The notes beneath the pieces were generated by a model that worked only from the letters and a program-made list of their open reading frames with translations, did not search any database and was not told the DNA's origin. A stretch of 62,480 nt of DNA, the filler included, from Basidiobolus meristosporus CBS 931.73 (Eukaryota; Fungi; Basidiobolomycota): assembly GCA_002104905.1 (NCBI GenBank). It is 5 parts of 5 records of this genome, joined end to end, with 100 filler letters (N's around TTAATTAATTAA, not from the genome) between each part and the next. Parts side by side here need not be neighbours in the genome. Positions count along the whole stretch, not along the records: positions 1 to 18,118 come from MCFE01001071.1; positions 18,219 to 28,640 come from MCFE01001301.1; 3 more parts are not named here. One strand, written 5' to 3'. Within the stretch, counting starts at the first letter, position 1. Every line of letters starts with the position of its first letter. Both the position numbers and the translations under genes were made by a program. Below are positions 11,146 to 19,800 of the stretch, piece by piece.

Positions 11146-13495
11146 TTAGGGTAGGGTGGGTTAGGGGAGGGAAAGTCACCAAGTTGGCGAAATCTTTATT
11201 TGAGTTAAGAACTAATCTAGGTACAAATAAAGAAGCCAATTAAGAGGTCTAGAACCTCTCTAATAAGTAATCTAATTTATGTTTTGTTTCATCTCTAATG
11301 TTTGTTTCAATAAAGTAAAGCTCATCAGGGGTAAATATAAAATTCAGGGGTTTTGGGGGAAGTACAAATTGTAGATGTTTCTGATCAATATAATCCAAGA
11401 CTGGAACCCAGCCTGGGATTAGGTGTAGTAGGAAAGGTGTGTGGACTTGTAAGTAGCTCTGCCACATTGATCTTAGATGGTCCTGAGCCAGTAGTCTTGG
11501 TTTTTCAGCTTTTTGAAGTTTTGAAGCAAGCTCTGTTACTACAGCAGAGCCAACCAGGGTGTGCCAGCAAGAAGATTTCAGGGAGGAGTAAGATTGAAGC
11601 CATTGTTTGATGGAGGGGTTATGTGATTTCTGAATTTTGACTAGGAAGGAAGCACGGAGATAGACCATTTGAATTTGGTATGGGTAGAAGCCAAAGGCTC
11701 CATTAGTTGCATGGATATAGGGAGATACTGGAAGATAAGGTACCAAGGATCTGATACACTGATGGAGAAATTTATCCAGGCGGTGAAGTTCTCTGGAGGT
11801 TAGGGGTATAATGTGGAGACCAAATTCAAGTACCGGCAGTACATACTGCTTCAGAAGTATAGGGATCTTTTGAATTGGAGTGTCTGGAGTGACTACTACC
11901 AGAAGCTTTTTGAGAGCCTGCTGGGCAAGACGGATCCTATTATTCAGGTGGAGCTTTGAGTCAATCCCATGTTGACAAAATGGCAGACCTAGATATATTG
12001 CAGTTTGTTGTGGCAGAATGCTAGTGTTCTGTATAGTTGTAGTGCATCCAATTGGGACTGTCTTGGAAATTGAGAGTGAGAGGTTGTTGGCAGCCAAGTA
12101 CTTCTCAATGATGGCAGTGTCTGCTATGGGATTAGGAGTAGCAATCTTGATATCATCCGCATAGAGAGTTAGTAGTGGATAGGGAGAGTCTGGTGAGGGG
12201 CCTTTTGGAAATAAAGGAAAGTCATGTAGGAATATCACAAATAGTAAGGGACCTAGTACAGATCCTTGGACTACTCCATTTGGAACCTCATAAGTCTCTG
12301 ATGTACAACTTGGATGCAAAATTTTGGCTGAGTTCTCACAAAATAGAGAACGTACAAGAAGGGTCATTGGTAGTGTGGTAACTGCTAATAGCTTTCTCCA
12401 AAGCAGAGCTCTGTCCACAGAGTCAAAGGCTTTAGTAATGTCAAACAGAATGGTTGGCAATGAGAATTGAAGTGAATGATCATGGCTTAGCACTATAGCC
12501 ATATCCAAGGAGAGTTTGGGCAAGAAGCCAAACTGAGAAGGATGGAATGGATATAGTTGAGATTGCAAGGATCTTGCTATTACAAGCTCAAAGATTTACC
12601 GGCAGGTTGGTAGGAGTGAAACTGGCCGGTAAGAACCTGGGAGTGAGTGTTTCCCCTTCCCTTTGTATAAGGGTATTACATTTGCCTGTGACCAGGCCTT
12701 TGGGGTAGTCAATTGTTGGGCACAGATAGAGTAGAATGGGAGAAGTAAGTGACTCATTTTGGAGTAGCACACCCGGAGTAGATTGTAGGTAATCAAGTCA
12801 TGTCCAGGTGCAGTATTTGCAGGAAGCTTCTTTAAAATTTTCTCCAGAAGCTTTGCTGAAACCAAAATTGGAGATGTTGGACTGCTAGATATGTTACCAG
12901 TATGGTAGAAAGGAGGAGTGGGATGCACGGTTGAATCAAAGAATATAGGGGCCAGTTTGTCTGGTGATGGTATACTCCTTGCTTGGGGTCTCATGGCTTT
13001 ATATACTCGTGATATGGACCTTGTGGTGGCATTCATATTTACTAAGGGCAAGGTATCCATGATATGAGCCCATAATCTAGTATGCTCAGTGATCTGTAGT
13101 GACTTGGAGTAGGAGATTGCGCTTTCCAGGAGGTTCTGTGTTTTTGGGTTAGGGAAACATAGGTAGCTGGAATTTAAGGCAGAAATGATGGATTTCCATT
13201 TAAGTTGGTTTGCAGATGGCTTTTGGTAGGACTTGGTGGGCAGGGCCAAACAGCCAGTGATTATGATGAAATGCTGGTAAAATAGCCATAATGCACTTAT
13301 ATCATCACAAATCCATGCAGGTAATCTGGGAAATGCATATTCTGTAAGCAAGGATAGGTAGTTGGCAAAGTCCTGTGTCTCTGATACTGAAGCTTTGGCT
13401 GGCAGGATTGTAAATGGCTGAAGAAGGGTGCCAATTGGTAGGGTTTTTCTGGCAGAAATGATAATATGTATTGGCTTGTGATCAGATTTCTCTAG
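11146..13495 (-). mobile_element. Telomeric LINE family B, 5'-truncated at the end of the APE domain
   Basis: One reading frame from EKSDHKPI (~13490) to 11249, broken only by an in-frame TAA at 12596 (TCR*IFEL). RT motifs YRPVSLL, QFGF, FDITKAFDSV, QGSVLGPLLF, LYADD. Preceded by TTAGGGTAGGGTGGGTTAGGGG and the tail motif. Confidence 0.9.
11249..13495 (-). pseudogene. LINE B ORF2 (partial APE endonuclease, RT, C-terminal domain) with one premature stop
   Basis: Track ORFs 12596-13351 and 11249-12568 are in the same frame (27 nt apart); upstream extension contains SDH. Confidence 0.85.
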
Positions 13496-13562
13496 TTAGG
13501 GGGGGAGACAGTCACCAACAGGTGAAATCTTTATTTCAGTTGAAACAAAGAAGCCAGCGCTA

Positions 13563-16328
13563 CTATTGTAGCTTTGATACAAGAGTGTGTAGCTGAGGGG
13601 AATTTGTAGGTAAGTTAATAAGAAGTGATGATAGTTCTTCAGTGCTCAAGACACTGTTCAGTGGGAAGGGGGGTAGCAAGAGAGGTAAGAATGGCTTGTG
13701 AACAACATTAATGAGGGGAATGTAATAAGGATTGATATTCATCATAAAGGGAGTGTGCTGCTGCAGATATTGCTGCCAAAGGTCTGTCAAGTACTTCAGG
13801 TAGGCCAGCTTGGGTTTTTCTGACTGCAGAATATAGTGAGCAAACCTCTTGACTTCAGGATCTCCAAGTATAGTTCTCCAGCAGGAGCCAGGTGTAGTGT
13901 GGTGTGTTCTCTTCCAGGCCTTAATCAGTGGGTTGTTGCAGTTGTGAAGTCTGAGGTATAATCTGGTTCTAAGGTAGAGAAGTCTGATCTTATAGGGCAT
14001 AAACCCAAAAGCACCAAGAATAGCATGTCTGTAGGGGCATTCAGGCAAATGAGGCACCAAGGAGGTAATGCACCATACTGCAAACTTGTCAAGCTTAGTG
14101 CAGTCTCTAGAAGTAAGAGAGAGAAGTGGTAAGCCAAATTCCAGGACAGGGAAGACAAACTGCTTGAGTAGAAGGAGGCAGCTGGGAGCTGAAGTTGTAG
14201 GAGGAGTAACAGCCAGTAGCTTGTGGAGTGCCTGTCTTGCCAGGATAATTCTCTTCTTCAGGTGTGCTCCAAAGTCTAGTCCAGTAGGAAGGAAAGGAAA
14301 GCCAAGATATGTAGCAGAAACCTGAGCAGGTAGAGTGGAGTTCTCCAAGCTGATGGGAGAGCCCAAAGGTACTGTCTTTGCAATGGAAAGCTGGAGATTA
14401 TTCTTCTGCAGATACTGGTGGATGGTCTGGGAGTCTTGTTGCACATTGGAGGAGGATATTCTGATGTCATCAGCAAAGAGAGTAACCAGGCAGTCAGCTG
14501 AGAGTCTTGGGAAATCATTCAGGAAGATGGCAAACAGTATAGGACTAAGCACAGAGCCTTGAACCACTCCATTAGGAACTGAGAACACAGCTGATTGCTC
14601 ACTTGCGTGCAGAATTCTTGCTTGTGGATCCAGAAACAGAGACCTGACAAGGAGGGTGAGAGAGGTACTGGAGAAGCATTGCAACTTGGACCAAAGCAGA
14701 TTTCTGTCAACTGAATCAAAGGCCTTAGTAATATCAAACAGAACAGAGGGATACTTGCACTGGAGAGAGTGATCTTGGCTAAGTATGAATGCATATTCCA
14801 AGGAGAGGCCAGGAACAAAGCCAAACTGCGCAGGATGAAACTTGAGGGAGTCAGAGTAGAGCTCCTGAGCAAGCAGAAGCTCAAACACCTTTCTGCAGGT
14901 GGGCAGCAGAGATATTGGCCTGTAGGAGCTAGGATCCAGGTGCTTTCCTTTACCCTTGTACAGTGGCAGAACATTTGCAAAGGACCATTCCTCAGGAGTA
15001 GAAAGCTGGGCTGAGCATTGCTGAAACAGTGGAAGCAGAAGTGCAGACATGGCCTTGGTACTAGTCTTCAGAAGCTCATAGGAGATTGTGTCTACACCTG
15101 GAGCAGTAGAGTTGGGAAGCCTCTTGAGCACATTATGGATTCTCCCTTGATCAAGTGCAAGTGGGATGGGCAGAGTCTTGAAGTCAGGATGAAAGCCAGG
15201 AGTTGAGTACTGCTTTGTAGAGAAGAAGATGTTAGCCAGCTGTTCTGTTGAAGGTAACTTCCTGGAAGAGGGCCTCATTGCCCTGTAGAGTCTTGATACT
15301 GTTCTTGTGATAGAGTTGGAAGATTGCAGAGGCAAAGAACTCATAATATGATCCCAGAGCTGAGTATGTAGAGTGTGGTGAATTGCCTTGGAGTGGTGTA
15401 TGGCTGTCAGGAGGAGTTTCTCTGTTTTTGGGTTAGGGAAACTCAGGTAGCTTTGTTGCAGGGCTGAAACAATGGATTCCCATTTTCTTGAGGTAACAGC
15501 AGTAGTCTTGCATGGCAGTGAGAGGGAGGCAGACACCAGAATCAGATGCTTCACAAAGAGCCAGGCATAGTTGAGATCATCTGGCAGAGAAAGTAGCAAA
15601 CTGGTAAGCTTCAAGTAGTTCCCAAAGTCTTTCTTCTGATTCTTGGTAGCTTTGTGGGTGAGCACAGTAAGTTTTGGCAGCTTCTTCTTCACAACTGGTT
15701 GCATAGAAAGGGACCAGGCTGGGTGGTCAGAGGCTCTCAAGGATCCTAGCTCAGCTCCAGAGAATTGCCTAACTTCATTCACAAAGTAGAGGGCAGCAGC
15801 ACAAGGGCAGATCCAGTCAACACATCTTTTCTCAGATTGGGCACCTAGTGCTAGCAGATGGCTTTCTCTCAGGAAGTTCAGTAGGAATGTAGACCTTGGC
15901 TTCATTCTTGCAGCCAGAGTAGTCTTGTTCTCAGGATGGGGAATGTTGAGATCTCCAAGCAAGATAACAGGTGTTGATATAGATTGTTGGTATTGCTGAA
16001 CCTTCTGGCATATAACTTGCACTTCCTGAAGGGCAAGACTTGGAGGCAGATAGCAGAGCACCAGACTGATAGTTGGCAACTGGAGAGCAGCACAGTAAGG
16101 GGAGTAAAGAGGAACACACAGCTGAGGAGTATTGATGGTAGAAGAGATGAAGCAGATAGAGGAGGTATTCTTTGTTCTAGGAGTAGAAAAGCAATAGAGA
16201 TTAGTCAAAAGTATAGAGGGTAGCTGGACATCAATCAAACACAGGAGGGAAAATCTTGAAAGAAGTCTCTCTAGAGTTGGTCTTGATGGCTGTATGCTGT
16301 TGCAGTTAAGCAACAGAACTTCAGGTAA
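13563..16328 (-). CDS. LINE A ORF2: APE-type endonuclease plus reverse transcriptase; no RNase H or CCHC seen; no start AUG
   Basis: LLLNCNS, CYLPP, ILLGDLN, VDWI, SDH; APGVD, KGKG, YRPISLL, QFGF, FDITKAFDSV, QGSVLSP, LFADD. Confidence 0.93.
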   Translation of the reverse strand, partial: LPEVLLLNCNSIQPSRPTLERLLSRFSLLCLIDVQLPSILLTNLYCFSTPRTKNTSSICFISSTINTPQLCVPLYSPYCAALQLPTISLVLCYLPPSLALQEVQVICQKVQQYQQSISTPVILLGDLNIPHPENKTTLAARMKPRSTFLLNFLRESHLLALGAQSEKRCVDWICPCAAALYFVNEVRQFSGAELGSLRASDHPAWSLSMQPVVKKKLPKLTVLTHKATKNQKKDFGNYLKLTSLLLSLPDDLNYAWLFVKHLILVSASLSLPCKTTAVTSRKWESIVSALQQSYLSFPNPKTEKLLLTAIHHSKAIHHTLHTQLWDHIMSSLPLQSSNSITRTVSRLYRAMRPSSRKLPSTEQLANIFFSTKQYSTPGFHPDFKTLPIPLALDQGRIHNVLKRLPNSTAPGVDTISYELLKTSTKAMSALLLPLFQQCSAQLSTPEEWSFANVLPLYKGKGKHLDPSSYRPISLLPTCRKVFELLLAQELYSDSLKFHPAQFGFVPGLSLEYAFILSQDHSLQCKYPSVLFDITKAFDSVDRNLLWSKLQCFSSTSLTLLVRSLFLDPQARILHASEQSAVFSVPNGVVQGSVLSPILFAIFLNDFPRLSADCLVTLFADDIRISSSNVQQDSQTIHQYLQKNNLQLSIAKTVPLGSPISLENSTLPAQVSATYLGFPFLPTGLDFGAHLKKRIILARQALHKLLAVTPPTTSAPSCLLLLKQFVFPVLEFGLPLLSLTSRDCTKLDKFAVWCITSLVPHLPECPYRHAILGAFGFMPYKIRLLYLRTRLYLRLHNCNNPLIKAWKRTHHTTPGSCWRTILGDPEVKRFAHYILQSEKPKLAYLKYLTDLWQQYLQQHTPFMMNINPYYIPLINVVHKPFLPLLLPPFPLNSVLSTEELSSLLINLPTNSPQLHTLVSKLQ

Positions 16329-16936
16329 TCAGGCAGAGGTTGTAGCTTCATCAGAGGCAGCATTGACAATGTGACCTGCAGAGTCCCAGAGCTCTTCAAA
16401 TGGTGCATCACTTAAGTCAGCAAGGAGAGAAATGGCATGATTCTTGAGGAAGTATGCCACATCATAGGAGGGGGCTTGTCTCTTGATGGCAGTAAAGAAA
16501 GACAGAATGGCAACATGGGCTGGAGGCTTGTTGAGCAGTAGAGAGTTAGAGGATTCAGATTCTTCAGGCACTATCTTGAAGTCAGTTTTCAGCCAGTTAA
16601 GGTTCTTCTCCACAAAGGCAACAAATGGGTCAGCAATGTTTTGGTCTAGGATAACCTCCAGAATCTTCCCTTTTCTCCAGGCCAGGTTGACAATTCTTGA
16701 GAGCTGAATATTGCATGCCTTGAGTGCTTTCCTGATGTTGGAAATGGGGGTCCAGGGAACTTGCTTCAAGTACACCACGGTCCAGGTAGAAGCTGGTGGT
16801 AGGTTTGCTGGGGGCTTGTAAGTCCTTCTGTGTTGCAATGGAGCTGTAGTAGTCAGATTGGAGTCCACATTCTCAGTAGAAGGTTTTCTTGATGTGTCTT
16901 GCTGAATAGTACTGGAGCTGGATGTGCTGATAATTC
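16329..16936 (-). CDS. LINE A ORF1 (gag-like), open up to the junction, start missing
   Basis: Frame is open from 16936 (LRIISTSSS...NVDSNL) to TGA at 16329-31; homologous to the 17038-17763 protein (ILEVILDQ vs LLEVILDK). Confidence 0.8.
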
Positions 16937-17905
16937 TTAGGGTTAGGGGGGATGATCATCACCAAAGGGTGAAATCTTTATTTAAATAATAAATAAAGAA
17001 GCCAAGTTTGAATATGAATATCTGAGATGCAGGAAGCCTATAAGATAAACTTGGACTTTGCTGTATCCCAAATATCCTCAATATCAAAGTCAAGAGGAGA
17101 GTGTAGCAAGACTGCTTGTTCACAGTAGTATTTCTTGAGGAAGTTTGTGACTTGAAGGGAAGGAGAGTTTTTCAACAAGCTGGTAAATCTTTTGAGGAGT
17201 TCTTTTTCCAGAGAGAATGGCACAAAGAGTGGAATGTCCAAATGATGTCTGAATATATGCTCTGCGAGCTCCCAATCCAGCATATTTTTGACTTCTTCTG
17301 TAAAATCTTCAACAATATCTTTGTCAAGAATAACTTCCAGGAGACCCCTGGCAATGTACTGAATGTTAATAATCTTAGGCATATGAATACCTAGGTCCTT
17401 GAGAGTATCAGGGCTGACAGGGAATCTTCTTCTGGCTTTAGAGTGCACTGGCTTAGGAGACTGTCTTGATGGAAGGGCAGCTGGTTTTGGATGAGCTTGA
17501 AGTGCTTGGGAGTAGGTCTGAGTACAAGTAGTAGAAGTTCCTGGTTGCTGAGAATTTTCAGATTGACTGGATGAAGAGCTGATTGAGGGGTTGCAAGGTA
17601 AGGAAGAAGCTGAAAGAGAAGTGGAGAGGGCTGGGTGAAGTTCAGAAAGAGTTTTGAAAAGAATTTGGATCTGAGATTTCAACATTGAGTTTTCAGCTTC
17701 AAGAAGAGAAACTCTTTGTTCAAGGTAAGAAGTCTGTAAAGAGTGAAAGTTGGGTAAAGACATGGAAGAAGTAGATAATAAGAAGAAAGGAGTAGTTGGG
17801 GTGGGAGGGTGGGAAAATAGGTAAGAAGAAAAGAGAGGAAAGATCTGAAATTGAAAATCTCAGAATTTATAGATGGATGGACAAGGGTAGAGGATTGATT
17901 AATCC
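16937..17905 (-). mobile_element. Family E: ORF1-only non-autonomous telomeric element
   Basis: Begins TTAGGGTTAGGGGG-ATGATCATCACCAAAGGGTGAAATCTTTATTT; single ORF; no RT. Confidence 0.8.
17038..17763 (-). CDS. 241-aa ORF1-like protein with a predicted N-terminal coiled coil
   Basis: ATG-started intact ORF; LEQRVSLLEAENSMLKSQIQIL heptads; C-terminal half aligns by eye with LINE A ORF1. Confidence 0.8.
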   Translation of the reverse strand: MSLPNFHSLQTSYLEQRVSLLEAENSMLKSQIQILFKTLSELHPALSTSLSASSLPCNPSISSSSSQSENSQQPGTSTTCTQTYSQALQAHPKPAALPSRQSPKPVHSKARRRFPVSPDTLKDLGIHMPKIINIQYIARGLLEVILDKDIVEDFTEEVKNMLDWELAEHIFRHHLDIPLFVPFSLEKELLKRFTSLLKNSPSLQVTNFLKKYYCEQAVLLHSPLDFDIEDIWDTAKSKFIL

Positions 17906-17941
17906 AGGGTTAGGGAAAAATAGGTAAGAAGAAAAGAGAGG

Positions 17942-18118
17942 TTAGGGTTAGGGTTAGGGTTAGGGTTAGGGTTAGGGTTAGGGTTAGGGTTAGGGTTAGG
18001 GTTAGGGTTAGGGTTAGGGTTAGGGTTAGGGTTAGGGTTAGGGTTAGGGTTAGGGTTAGGGTTAGGGTTAGGGTTAGGGTTAGGGTTAGGGTTAGGGTTA
18101 GGGTTAGGGTTAGGGTTA
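17942..18118 (+). repeat. Telomeric array (TTAGGG)29+TTA at the contig end, G-strand 5'->3' toward the end
   Basis: Perfect hexamer repeats running to the gap. Confidence 0.97.
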
Positions 18119-18218
18119 NNNNNNNNNNNNNNNNNNNNNNNNNNNNNNNNNNNNNNNNNNNNTTAATTAATTAANNNNNNNNNNNNNNNNNNNNNNNNNN
18201 NNNNNNNNNNNNNNNNNN
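18119..18218. other. Artificial contig spacer N44-TTAATTAATTAA-N44
   Basis: Identical 100-nt spacer four times; the 12-mer has stops in all six frames. Confidence 0.97.
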
Positions 18219-19419
18219 CCTGGAATGATATTAGCAAGTGGTAGTAGTAAATTTGCAAAGCCCCCATTACTGATATTAGTTGAAACTCAGCACTTCTCTA
18301 GCAACTACTTTGCATCATTCACCATTAGATGTATTACTATGTTCACTTAGCTACATTAACTATTCTTGGCATTGTTTCTACTGATGTTGTCTCATTGGAT
18401 ATTAAGATTTTGCTGGGCTTATGCAGGGTACTATTGGTAGGGGAGATTGGCTCACAATCCATCAATCAGCCTTCTTCTTCTGAGCTATTACTCTGTGTGA
18501 CATATCCAGAAGACTGAGGTAAGCATGTATGCATCACTAACTCACCTGACTCAGTATGTGCAATGCTACCATTATTGGCATGTGCTGTCATAGACATATC
18601 ATGTGACTGCCAAGATAATGTTGGTGCAGCAGCAACTGATAAATGGTCAAAAATGTCTTGTGTGACAGAGCACTGTCCATAATCCCAGTGGACCTCCTGT
18701 GCTGGCTGCATGCCTCATGGCTGAGAGGCTTCTTACAATAGCCACATGAACTTTTTCTTGTCTCTTACAGCTTGGAATCAAAGTAGTTCTCCATGGGTAA
18801 ACAGTTTAACACTCTACAAAGTAATGGTATTTTATCACTTTTTTGTTGGTGCACATGTAGATTTAAACAGTCTAGTTTCTGAGACAATGCACATACATCA
18901 ATGTAGTATCCAATGATCACCTGCCATAGTAAATATTGGCCTGAAAACAAGATATTGAATATCTTTGAAGCCATCATGTGCAATGATGAACAGTGGTCTA
19001 ATGTTCAGGAGGCTGTCAGAAGTCTAACATGGCATCACCTTGAGGCTGGCATACCATGGGACCATCAGGAAGCCAAGGCCAAGCAGAATGTGCTTGGCAT
19101 GTTCCATGAGCAATATCCGGATTTAATCAAGCAAATGAATTTGGGCCAGTATTGGCATGCTAAGAAAGTAGACCTTTGTTGTATAGTACCACATAGTGCC
19201 AGACCAATCTGGAACACTACAGCAATATCTTTAACTTGTATATTGACTAGGATGCCAGTGGTATGACACAATTATAGGTATTCTTACTCAATCATACTTA
19301 TGTTGCTCAGAACAATGCTTTCTTTGCCATGGTTACTCTTCATAAGTCACCATGTGCATTCTCTCAGTGGATGTCCTCTTGTATATATATACTGTACATC
19401 AGTAAGTGTCCTAGCCACT

Positions 19420-19800
19420 TTACCTGCTGTTATGCTAAGTCTCTCTAGATATCTAAATGTATGCTCTACTCTCACTCTAAAATGACTAGATATCTGATTG
19501 TAGAGCTTCTGCTTCCTGCTAAGTACACAACTGCTTGGCTTTCTATGAGCTATAATTTAAATGAATAACTAGCAATCCTCTCCTATATAAGCTAAGTTTG
19601 CCATATATTTCTCTGTTTGACTGAATTCTGGATGATTCTCTAGCCATAGTGCTTTGTCATGCCTACCTCCAGCACATGGCCCACTAAACCAGACAACATT
19701 CCCCTCAATGTCAGACAGTATTTGAAACTTCACATGATTGATGAGAAAAGACCATTCGAATGTGTCAATCATATCAAAACAAACCATGATTTAATAGACG
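19420..19800 (-). pseudogene. PIF/Harbinger-like DDE_Tnp_4 transposase remnant
   Basis: FSGPCAGGRHDKALW, YMANLAYIG, KPSS..LSRKQKLYNQISSHFRVRVEHTFRYL, with stops. Confidence 0.7.

Larger units (their letters stand above)
13496..16936 (-). mobile_element. Telomeric LINE family A, near full length, 5'-truncated inside ORF1
   Basis: ORF1 plus intact ORF2, ~65-nt 3' UTR, no poly(A); bounded by TTAG(G)n junctions at 13496 and 16937. Confidence 0.93.

Noticed and set aside
11353-11610. Numerous 60-110-aa antisense ORFs over LINE, gypsy and copia coding regions
   Set aside because: Shadow ORFs of real reading frames with no recognisable domains.
13496-13562. Tail motif as a hammerhead or twister ribozyme
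   Set aside because: No CUGANGA core on either strand and no twister pseudoknot pairing found by eye. Left to an Rfam search.
13496-16936. Penelope-like (Athena/Coprina) or MoTeR identity for the telomeric elements
   Set aside because: ORF2 has an N-terminal APE domain and LINE-type RT motifs. No GIY-YIG or C-terminal restriction-like endonuclease motif was seen.
18119-18218. Palindromic TTAATTAATTAA inside N runs (four times)
   Set aside because: Identical 100-nt spacer with six-frame stops: a concatenation linker. Adjacency across it has no biological meaning.
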